Source: Camelus dromedarius (lineage: Eukaryota). Taken from it: DNA of 64,000 bases. Shown here piece after piece: positions 53,901 to 64,000 of this stretch. The notes under the pieces were generated by a model that searched no databases, was not told the origin of the DNA, and worked only from the letters and a program-made list of their open reading frames with translations. The stretch is taken from contig NC_087436.1 of assembly GCF_036321535.1 (NCBI RefSeq), positions 97,342,001 through 97,406,000 on the forward strand, written 5' to 3'. Each line of letters opens with the position of its first letter. The stretch's first letter is position 1. The position numbers were made by a program, and so were the translations under genes.

Positions 53901-55884
53901 GAGGATTTAATCTTAGTTTTCATTTAATAAGATCCTCACACTATCATTCAGTTCTTTTCAATCTCAAAAATGACATTTGAAGAATGTGGTTTATAACGTA
54001 TTCAATTAATACATATTGCTTCAGGCGCATCAGAATTTGAATCACTCAACCTCTGTAAGAAATCACTTAGGGCTCAAATTCTAGCTCACAGAATGTTTTC
54101 AAAGAGGGTGAAAGAAACAATGAATCACTTTTGGCCATCCCAATGAAAAATTCAGAAATGGAAACAAAGAATAAAAACACTGAAAATCGCTGAATATTAC
54201 TCATCTCATCTCTGATTTTGTACTTGACCTTGTGAAACTTTCCTCTATCTTTTAGCTCTTTACTCTTCAAAAATGGAACTTTCTTTATTTCCAGAATATT
54301 TTCAAAGAGGATATATCTAATGTACTGCCTCAAACAGTTTGTGAAATGAAGCAGAATATGAATTATTAAATAAATAACATCTAATGTTTATAGTCTGGAA
54401 TAAAAAGTTTATGGATATAAGAAAAAAAAATCTTTCTGTTCTGTTTCTAGTCCCTGAGATGAAAATTTCTCTTCTGTGATTCCATTCTCCTCCTGACCCT
54501 TAGAATTGCAAGGAGATTTCTTCAGCGTGAAAATTTATGATTATCTGCTCTTAATAAGGGAGGATCAGGGTGAGTGTGTAAGAAACATAAGAGAAAAATA
54601 TTAATAATTCTTTTTTTGGCCTCTCCTTTATAGGCCCAATTAAAATTAAATTTTATTGGAATAGTTGTTCATGCTTCTGCGAGCATTTTAAGCTACCCAA
54701 GTAGGCACCAAGACATAGACTGATTATTCTACCCACTCTTAAACCTATAAATATGCTGAGACTTTTCATAATTAAAAATAATCTAAGAGGAGTGTCTATA
54801 TTGGGCATAGTTTTATCTAAGTTAACATCATAGGAAAAAGCAACATGAAACATTAAATCACCCAGCAATTATGTCACTGATTTTAGAAAGTCATATGTAT
54901 TTTTTTATATAAGGGATTGGCTACATCTGTATCTGCACCTATATTTATATCTACATTTACATCTATATCTATATCTAGCTTTTTAGTTTATAATCTCAGA
55001 TTCTAGTTGTATTAGAGTGTCTGCTTTACTCACTATAAATCAGAAAACATACGAAAAGGCAATTTTCTCATTTTCACCTTGTACAATATGAGTTGTACGG
55101 CCTTGCACCACGTAAGTTCTAGGACTTTTACTAAAGGAGTCATTTTTTAATGTCGCTCATTTCTCTTTCCTCTGGGCCACATCTGCTGAGAGTCGTCCCA
55201 GGACCTCACAGCTTCATCCTCTGACACTTGGGGATGACGCGCAGTCCCAGTAGCTGGATGTGTCTTGGGTCTCTTCATTTCCTGAAGAGACGAACTCTTC
55301 ATTATCTTCAGATTTTTTTTCACTTTGACTCCCTAAAATATGTTTCTCCTAGTGAATGTTACAGAAAGGGCTGTTAAATTTTAAATCAAAAAGAACATTC
55401 TTCTACAGTTTCTGATTGCAGTTATTTCTTTGAGTCGATTGCTATATGCCTTCTCTCGTCTTCCCCTGGGTGTTAGAGGAGGCCCCTGAGACATGTCCCT
55501 GCAGTTAGACCTCAGGCGGTTCTCAGCAGTTTAGAAGGTATTGCGTCCTCCAATCAATGATCTGTCATTAAGTGAGACTTCTTCAAGAAAGGCACTAATG
55601 GAGCATGAAACTTTTCTCTTTTGGTGAGTTTCACCTGTGAGTTTCAACTAAACTGTATTCATAGGTAATTAGGTTTAGCTGTTCAGACCCCTCAATTTCC
55701 ATTAATATTTTTTGCTCACACAAAAGTAAATTTAATTCACTTTTATTGTGTTGTATAAGTGTGGAATCTGCTCATTTCATTTTAAGGCTTTTCAGCGATA
55801 CAATGCAGCCCTTTGTCCACTTATGTAAGTGGTGTGTTGACCCATAAGCTCTTACTTCTAGTTTCTTCTACTAAAGGAATCTTT

Positions 55885-58800
55885 TAAAAATTGAGTATTT
55901 TCCAATGTACCTATAAAGGAAATAATAAGGCAAATCTTCATGAATGTATATCCATCACCCAACTTCAACAATTATCAGCATTTTGACAGTCATATTTCAC
56001 TGACCAACAACCCCTGCTGCATTTTCTTTCTTTTTTTAAGCTAAAACACTTTAAAGAAAATCTCACATATTATTTTCCCCATAAGTTCATCCACATGTGC
56101 ATCTAACTGAGAAGAACTTTTGAAAAAAAGACCACATTGCAATATTTCCCGAAGTTAAAACTAATTTTTAAATTTCATTAATAGCCATCCATCTGGACCT
56201 AACTGTCTTAAAGATGTCACTTAGAGTTCATTTACTAAAATCAGGATCCAAATAAGGTCCACATATTGCTTTTATTTATTTAGTTAGTTGAAGTATAGTC
56301 AGTTTACAATGCTGTGTCAATTTTTGGTGTACAGCATAATGTCTCAGTCATACATGAACATACATATATTCGTTTTCATATTCTTTTTCATTATAGGTTA
56401 CTAAAAGATACTGAATATCATTCCCTGTGCTCTATAGTATCTGCAAATCTCAAACTCCTAATTTATCCCTTCCCACCCCTTTTCCCCCTGGTAATTATGA
56501 GTTTGTTTTCTATGTCTGTGAGTCTTTTTAAAATTATTGTTTGTGTCATTGGTTTGTTGGAGAAATCAGGTTATTTTTCCTTGTAGCATGTCCAAACTTC
56601 ATCTAACTGCTTCCAAGGATGTCACTTTTCTTATTCTACTATAACCCATCTGTCCTGCACACTGCTAGTTAGATCTAGAAATTTAATTAGACTTACATTC
56701 AATTTATGGGAAGGGGAAGACTGTTTTGTAGATCATCCTATCAGGATCACAGGATTTATGGCTGTCTCACTTTAGTGATGCTTCAGCTCATTCGTGGTTT
56801 TAGATCATGCCACTGTGATCCTTCTTTCATAAAATTCTTTGTCAAATTGTCAACTGAAAGTTAGTATTTAGTAGATCATTATTGTCAAGCTTCATCATTT
56901 CATTAGGTAGTAAGAAATGGAAAATTTTGCAATTCTGGCAGGCTTTGCATTTATTAACTGGAATACTTCTTTAAAGAATTTTCACACATCAACTATTTTC
57001 TTATCTTAAAATACAGTTTGTTCAAAAAAGGCAGTATAAATGATTGCTTCATTGACTTTATTACTGAGTTTTCAAAATAATGAGTTCATTTCTTGGTAGC
57101 TTTCAATGGAGACCCATGTGTTTTGTTTGTGTGTGTGTGTGTGTGTGTTTGGGAGAAGGCAGCATGTTGAATTAATGGGTTTTAAATGTTTAATGTGTTT
57201 CATTTTTTAAAATTTAGTATTTTAACATTTCTTGCAGGGCAGGTCTGATGGTAATAAATTCCTTCAGTTTTTGTCTGAATAAATTTTTATTACTTTCACC
57301 TTTGAAGATAATTTTGCTGGATATAGAATTCTAGGTTGGGGTGTGTGTGTGTGTGTGTGTTTCCCTTCAAGTTTTAAGTATTTCTTTCAGTTTTCTTCTT
57401 GCTTGCATAATTTCCTTTATAGATAAGATTATTTCCCTCTACCTGGCTTTTTTCATTACTTTCTGTTTGTCTTTGCAGACTGAATATGATATACTTATGT
57501 GTGTTTTGTTAGCATTTATCCTGCTTGGTGTTTACTGGGCCTCTTGGAGCCATGATTTGGTGTCTGTCTTCAATTTTGAAAAGTTCTTAACCATTATCAT
57601 TTAAAACATTTATTATATATTCTCTTCTTTATTCATTCCTCTCTGAGATTCCAGTTATGAGTATGTCACAACTTATAAAAGGTTCCACAGTTCTTGACGT
57701 TGTTCTAGGGTTTTAAAATTTATTTTAAATTTTGTTTTATTTTTGCATTTCTTTTTGGGAAGTTTCCATTGACATTTTTTTAAGCTCACTGACTTTTCTC
57801 AGCCCTGTCCAATCTACTGATGTGCCTATAAAACATTCTTAATTTTTGTCACTGTTTAAAATTTTTCTAGCATTTCCTTATGATTCTTTTTTAAATTTGC
57901 TGTCTCTACTTAGATTACCTTTATTCTTTTTTATGTTGTCTGCTTTTCCCATTAACCCATAACATATTAATCACAGTTACGTTAAATTCCTTGTCTCATA
58001 GTTCCAACATCCATGTCATATCTGAGTCTAATTCTGATGCCTGATTTGTCTATTCATTCTCTATTTTACTTGCTTTTTGTTGTGCCTTATCATTTTTGTT
58101 GAAAGCTAGACATGCTATCTCAGGTAATAGGACCAGAGAAACATAAGCCTTTAGTGTGAGGATTGATGTTGCCCTCATTATTAGGCTGTATTTTCTGTCA
58201 CCATGGGTATCAGAGGCTTCACATCCTCTAGCGTCCTAGTATATGCTGTTCCTTTTCATGCTGGGCTACCCTACAGACTCCTCCTGAGACAGGGTTTGTG
58301 TCTTGAAGCTCTTCCAGCATAATCCACTACTATTATAGCAGAGCTCTGTTGGTGGGTGGGTGAAGTTTTAGGAACAGGAAGAATTCTATAATCTTAATGT
58401 TATAGACACACGTCTTCTTGTAGACATGTGTCTCTGGGCTGTGATCTTTATAATTGTTTCTCCAGTAGCTTATTTTTCTCTCCTGTTCTTTACTCTCTTC
58501 CTGGACTCAAGTCTTATTCTCAATTTCCTTGGAGAACTGATCTTTGTTTATTATGTTTTGTTCCTACTTTTATGAGACGGGAAAGCTAGAAGAGACCTGA
58601 GGGGGAAAAATGCCCTTCCTCAGCTTGGATGGTCCTCTGGTAAAGTCTTTTTCCCTAGAAAGTACATCCTTGTTGTGGAGAAAGTGCTAAGCATATTTCA
58701 CAAAGATTATTCTTTCTCTCTTCTTCTAAAACTAGAAGACCTTTCTTGGGTGTTTATCTTAAGAACTTTTGGGTTTCTCAATGGTAATATCCGTGCAAGT

Positions 58801-59330
58801 GTGGAGTCCTTCCTAAAATTATGGCCCCCAAGAACTTTTAATTCTCACACTGGCCAACACGGAGCTTCTAACAATTTGTCAAAATTACTATTTAAGTCTT
58901 CCTACCAGTTTGTGTTTCAGAAGCTTCTGTACAGGTAAGGAGATCTTAGCTGACTCTCTGACTCACCTCTCTCTACAGATCTCAGGGTTGTAGTTTGTTC
59001 TCAAACCTCAGTTTTCTGACAGTTTCAAGAAAAGTTATTGATTTTCAGTTAGTATAACTTTTTCTTGTTGTAAGAATGAAAGTGATGACTTCCAAGTTCT
59101 TTGCATGCCAGAGCTAAGACTGGAAGTTAAATGCAGTATTCTTACTGAATCCTCAAATGATTGCCTCCGAGAATCATGGAATCTCCAGTACATTGGATTG
59201 CATGTCATTTAGATATGACCCAATTTGTATTTTATTCATCCCTTGCTTTCAGATAAAAGATATCCCAGGCTCATATTTTATACTGTCTTTTCCAAACTTG
59301 CAATGAGCAATTTCTTTAAGAAATCTTGAA
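55885..59330 (-). mobile_element. Composite old L1 block (L1MC/ME 3'UTR plus L1M 5'/ORF1 region)
   Basis: 'atccatcacccaacttcaacaattatcagca', 'aaatcaggatccaaataaggtccacatattgc', 'gcaggtctgatggtaataaattccttcagtttttgtctg', 'tttgaagataattttgctggatatagaattctaggttgg'. Confidence 0.85.
56271..56526 (-). mobile_element. Young 5'-truncated L1 3' tail (camelid-type), nested in the older L1
   Basis: 'tttatttatttagttagttgaagtatagtcagtttacaatgctgtgtcaatttttggtgtacagcataat...ttcattataggttactaaaagatactgaatat...gtttgttttctatgtctgtgagtc'. Confidence 0.85.
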
Positions 59331-59369
59331 AATAATCATTAAAGATCAAAACAAAAAATAAAATGTTCT

Positions 59370-59917
59370 TGATGAAGTTTAGCTAAGCTACCCCATGGTA
59401 TTGTTCCCTTGGCATCTATTTTGTTGGACCAAGTAGCCTGCAGAGACCTTAAACTGATATATCCTCTCACGCAAGTACATGCTCTGGCTAGCAGCCCACA
59501 GAGACGCAGGCAAATGTAAGTCCTTGACGTGACTTCCCCAACAGTCTTCGTGATCAACAGTCTCCCTTGCCTCCCAGCACCTGTATTTCTTATATGCACC
59601 TTAAATAAGACTCCCATGGGGCTTACCAAAACCCTGCTCTTTTGGTTGGAAGTGTCCAGGTTGGCCCTAGCCCAGGAACCCCAAAACACTCCACCCACGG
59701 ACCCTAATAAATGCATGTGCCCGAGCTCCTACCTTTCTGTCTCTGTCTGCACTCTGCCTTGGCCTCCCTGTGTGGCCCTTCGAGGTATACTTTTTCTTGG
59801 ACTGGTGAGTAATGAGCGTCTCTGTTTCAATTTCTCCTGTGGTCTGTTGTAGAACGCTGGCTTGTCACCTGGCACCTGTGCTCCACTTAACAACTGTTTA
59901 TTTGACAGATTCATAAC
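59370..59917 (+). mobile_element. Probable ERV1-class solo LTR
   Basis: TG start, GC-richer block of about 550 bp, internal 'cctaataaatgcatg', pyrimidine-rich R-like segment, 'gagtaatgagcgtctctgtttc', ending 'cataac'. Confidence 0.6.
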
Positions 59918-60004
59918 CATCTTTGTGATAATTTACTTATTGATTTGACATTTATATTTTTGTAATGAATAATCTATTGATGATTATTAAGCTTAGTTAG
60001 TATT

Positions 60005-60670
60005 TCTTCAATAATTCAATAATATTTACTGAGCACCTGCTCTGGGCCAGGCACTGTTCTAAGGGCCTGAAGGTGAATAAAACGAGACCTTTGCATTCAT
60101 GACACTTCATTATAGAAAGAACAGGAAAACACAATAAACTCTAATAAATGAGTTGAATATATAGGGTATTATAATTTGCTAACTACCATGGAAAAAGAGA
60201 AAAAATAGAGCAGAATAAGAGAGACCAAGAATATGTGCATATGTGATTGACAAGGGCTTAATTTCCAGAATACACCAACAGCTCATACAGCTTAATAATC
60301 AAAAAAACAAACAACCCAACCCAGAAATGAGCAGAAGACCTAAACAAGCAGTTCTCCAGTGAAGACATACAAAAAGCAACAGGCACATGAAAAAATGCTC
60401 AATAGTGCTAATTATGAGAGAAATGCAATCAAAACTATAATGAGAGGAGATTCCTCAAAAGACTAAAAATAGACTTACCATATGATGCAGCAATCTCACT
60501 CCTGGGTGTATAACCAGAGTGAGGGTGAGAGGAGAGGTTATGTGCAAATGTACGGAATGTTGCAATTTTAAAAAGAGTGATCAGGGTGGTCTCATTGAGT
60601 GACAACTGAGTTAAACTTGACATGCGTGAGGGAGGTGCCATGCTGACATCTAGGGAAAGAGTGTTCTAGT
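60005..60670 (-). mobile_element. L2a 3' region split by an L1 fragment
   Basis: 'aatatttactgagcacctgctctgggccaggcactgttctaagggc' and 'gtgatcagggtggtctcattgag...atctagggaaagagtgttctag'. Confidence 0.85.
60241..60519 (+). mobile_element. Internal L1 ORF2 fragment with no poly(A) tail and an internal deletion
   Basis: 'gacaagggcttaatttccagaata...gcagaagacctaaacaagca...aaaactataatgaga|ggagattcctcaaaagactaaaaatagacttaccatatgat...cctgggtgtataaccagag'. Confidence 0.9.
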
Positions 60671-62195
60671 CCTATTTCACTGCCACATACCCAGCCAATT
60701 ACTACATGTCCTATTAAACAATTATGATAATATTTCTCCACTTTTGGATTTAAGTAACAGTGAGGTAGCACACTAGAGATACCTGTAATCTTTTTGATGT
60801 CTGAAGTACTAAGAAATTGAAAAATTTTGACTGTCTAGAATTCGGTATTCTCTGATTAGAACAGAAAGAGGCCCTAATCTTAAGAAGGAAAATAATTATG
60901 TTCTTTAAGAGTACTTTTCTAACATTTAAGGAACAATTTGGAAAACATTTCCCAATTATAATTTTTTACTGGATGTGTCCACAATGAATTGAAAGTGACA
61001 CCATGCCTTGGACCATCAGTTCCTGACATTTCTTTCTCAGTCGCCTTTAATTAAAGAAAATGTTCCCCCTAAATAAAATTCTTTCATGTGCATAAATAGA
61101 ACTAGGAAAGATCAGTAATTATGATCCCTAATGTAAGAAAATAATTCAGACTTAATTATTAGGCTAAAAATGAAGTTGCTATATATAATTTTGGGGGAAA
61201 GAAGAGAGTAAGTCAAATAAGGTCAAGTCTCTTGGCGTAACCTTGGAAAAGGTGAGATCCTGGGAAATCAGAAGGATGAGACAATCTAAAGGACCATCAT
61301 AAATCAAAAAAAAAAGAAAGAAAGAAAAAGAAAAAAGTTTTGAACTGGAAACAATAAGATAAAATCATCAAAAGTACATCATAGTTAACATTTTTTCATG
61401 TATTTTTCCACTTTAACATTTTAACATATCGTTTGAAGTTGCATATGTTAATTTACAATGTTTGAAATTGGAATTTTAATGAGTCCAATCATAATACTCC
61501 TTCATACATAAAAGTCAAAGAACCTTAATACACGTTACTTTGTTAATTAGCTACAATTCCAAGTTTTAGATAAAGGAGAGCTTATTATCCACACAAGAAT
61601 CAGAGAGGTTAAAAGACTGATTCTCACTTATAATAAAGCCAAAAAGGAAACATATCTTATTGCCCGTAGTCTAGGGAACTTTTTTGCAGATCATTTCTTA
61701 TGTAAAATGGATCTGTGCCAAAAAAGTCATTCTGGGTCACTGGTACTTTTAAAACAGATGGCTTTGGTTTAGGAAGTTATGGGATAATAATGTGGAGGGT
61801 GAGAGATATTAACTGAAACAAGGAAAGAAAAAAGATCACTTAAGCCATCCACTTAAAACTGACTATTAAATTAGGAATTCTTCCTACTGACTGCATAAAA
61901 AGAACAAAAGTAAGAACAAAAGAGTAATTTTTCTGAAGCCTGTGATTTCCCAATGATGAGTTAAGATATGATGCTACTAAAAATCCTTCCAACAGGTAAA
62001 GACACAGGTGAGACAGTCAGATCCTCTCAGACGTCTCCTCTCAAGGGAGAGAATCTGTTTTTCTTCCTTTTGAATTATAATCTGTGAGTACTTGACCTTT
62101 AGGATACAGGGGAAATAACGCTAGGCTATTTGGGGGGCCCAGACCTTAAGACACTGGAAGCTATCATGGAAGCTGTCCAGCCACCTGGATGGAGA

Positions 62196-62827
62196 TGACG
62201 CAGGAAAACGGATGTGGGGTGTGAGAAGGACTGTGTCCCAGGCTTCAACTGAGCCCCTGGGACGTGCCCCGCCAAGCGTGGGTCCTTGGCTTCGAGCAGG
62301 AAAGAATTCAAGAGTGAGCCACAGTTGAGTGAAGGTAGATTTATTCAGAGAGATACATTGAAAGGCAAGAGAAAGGCCACAAGGTGTGGGGGTTGTGTGC
62401 TCAGATTAAAAGTAGGTACACACTCCATAGACGGTGTGCGGGCCGTCTCTGAAGAGGGAGAGAGAGGGGTGGCCACGAGGTGCCATGTTGCTAGTTTTTA
62501 TGGGCTTGGTGGCTTCATATGCTAACAAGGGGAAGGACCAGTCTAACTAGCCTGGGGAGGAGGCTGGGATCCCAGGAAGTTGGCCATTTCCCACTCTTTG
62601 ACCTTTTGTGGCTAGCCTTGGGACTGCCATGGTGCATGTGGACGTATTATTTACTATGTTAATATATTAAGGTGAGCGTATAATGAAGCTCAAGATCTAC
62701 TAGAAGTTAAATCTCCCACCATCCTGAGCCTCAAGGCCTACTGGGGGTTGAATCTTTCACCATTTTGATGTTAATTGCTGTAGCATTCCTTGACTGGCTG
62801 TGTCCTGCCCCCTTCCATCCTGTCTCA
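62196..62827 (-). mobile_element. Young ERV1-class solo LTR (632 bp) inserted into an MLT1 LTR
   Basis: TG...CA termini (tgacg... / ...tctca), minus-strand AATAAA at 62340-62345, 'gggtccttggcttcgagcaggaaagaattcaagagtgagcca', and retained CpGs. Confidence 0.85.
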
Positions 62828-63085
62828 AAAAGACCATGTGCAGAAGCTCTGAGATAAGAGACAATGAGAGACCTGGTGAGCCAGCCTTCCAGCCATCTCA
62901 GCAGTATTGAATTTCCAGACTCACCCAGGCAACGGAGTGATCAGTGAAGCCAAAGGAAACTGTAGGATCACCCAGCCAAGCCCTACCCAACTCCTGATTT
63001 ACAAAACAATGAGCTATAAGAAGTGGTTTTGTTTCAGGCACTACACTGTGGAATGGGTCATCATGCAGCAATAGAAAAGTGGAGC
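62828..63085 (+). mobile_element. MLT1 (F/H-like) LTR, 3' part; the 5' part is at about 62110-62195
   Basis: 'ccttccagccatctcagc', 'cacccagccaagccctacccaactcctga', 'ttttgtttcaggcactacactgtggaatgggtcatcatgcagcaataga'. Confidence 0.8.
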
Positions 63086-63129
63086 CCACCCTTCCCTTGC
63101 CTGGATCTCTTACTGGACTGTAGTGCTTT

Positions 63130-63550
63130 CTCAGGTATTTCTATATACACTGCTCGTGAAACCTAGAAAAGGAGACAATTTCTCCTTAAGACATGAACAT
63201 AATGTTCTCAAGTATTCCTTGTGCCCCAATGTAATCTCCCTTCTTTCTCAGTCATTGACTCAAAGATTTAAATCTCACTTCCATAAAATGAGTTCCTGTG
63301 CCATTCATCACATATGCACCCTGGACTTCTGTCCCTGTTCCCCCTCCCATCTGTTCTCAAAATAAAAGACATAATCCTAACTCGTAAACCTTGTTTTTAT
63401 TGTTTTCTCTATGGCTCCCTTTTACTGACTAATTGTGCGTGTAAAGTCCTGCTACAGAAGAGCAGAACCAGAGACCACTGTGTTGTGCAGCCGCTACCTG
63501 TTCCTGACCTTACTTTGCTCTTCATTCACACTAGTTCTAAGTAATCTATT
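63130..63550 (+). mobile_element. L2 3' fragment
   Basis: 'caaagatttaaatctcacttcc', 'gtaaagtcctgctacagaagagcagaaccagagaccactgtgtt'. Confidence 0.5.
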
Positions 63551-64000
63551 TTAACCAGTTCAAGTCCCAGTTTTCATTAAAAAAGTGACCTCCACAGCAA
63601 AGACACTGCCTCCTAAAGGCCAGTCTTAAAACCTATACATCATGACTGGGAGAGTAGAAATAATTAGCTCTAGCTCAAAAGTGGCGGATATCTTGTGTGC
63701 AAATCTCTGTTTGTTGGTAGTGGGTGTACACTGTGCTTTGCTTTGAAGAACTCTGACACTGAGCTCTGAGGGAATGAGTTCTAGAGTTAGTCATCGATAT
63801 GGCCCATGAGTACAAAAGGAGGAATCTGCTAGTGCTGACTGAGTCTTTTTCCAGAGGTAAGAACGACTTCAAGGTGAAGACAGATGTGTAGTGAGGGGCA
63901 AAAGAACAGTGGCAAATTTGGCTTGCTTAGATCACAGCTCCAGGACTGAGGCCTTGGTGGTATACGGGACCATACTGGGTTTCTTAGAGTCAGCAAGAAA

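Larger units (their letters stand above)
23034..55634 (-). pseudogene. Candidate decayed multi-exon protein-coding gene (unitary pseudogene), identity unknown. Exon remnants 5'->3': 55634-55407, 55332-~55050, ~54335-54010, ~51385-51120, 51067-50711, ~50630-50140, ~47700-47564, 46403-45139, 44489-44280, 39781-39547, 37860-37566, 36188-36136, 32192-~31880, 24962-24731, ~24146-23856, 23297-23034
   Basis: Co-oriented minus-strand acceptors (e.g. tttttttcctacag 37861, tattttctttatttttag 32193, ttttctccttcag 24963, ctctctttcatag 51068) and donors (AAG|gtaagt 47564, AAA|gtaaga 37566, AAA|gtaagt 39547, GCT|gtaagc 50711). Several segments read 45-100 codons with only 1-2 stops, often TGA. All lie in non-repeat sequence. 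No homology search was possible. Confidence 0.55.

Noticed and set aside
59339..59920. ORFs of 63-125 aa
   Set aside because: They are within a probable solo LTR and show no gag/pol/env motifs.
1..64000. tRNA, rRNA, snRNA, CRISPR array, CpG island, prokaryotic operon
   Set aside because: None seen. The ORF track uses GTG/TTG starts that are not meaningful for this mammalian sequence.

Overview
This is AT-rich, CpG-depleted placental-mammal genomic DNA, not prokaryotic. The young L1 3' tails and the absence of Alu, B1/B2, Bov-tA/BovB, PRE-1 and SINEC suggest a cetartiodactyl, most likely a camelid. Much of the window is interspersed repeat: L1M/L1ME, L2, L3/CR1, MIR, MLT1/LTR16/ERV1 solo LTRs, MER5, MER44/Tigger7 and MADE2. 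I see no intact protein-coding gene, tRNA, rRNA or CRISPR array, and most ORF-track entries are repeat-derived or chance. The main unexplained structure lies in the unique sequence. A co-oriented series of about 14 AG/GT-bounded, purine-rich, protein-like segments with scattered stops and frameshifts runs on the minus strand from about 55.6 kb to 23.0 kb, consistent with a large decayed intron-containing gene (candidate unitary pseudogene). A weaker convergent plus-strand series lies at 1.5-8.8 kb. I cannot name either gene. Intact CTCF, RFX X-box and paired CRE motifs lie inside the minus-strand fossil. Repeat subfamily names and boundaries were recognised by eye and are approximate.
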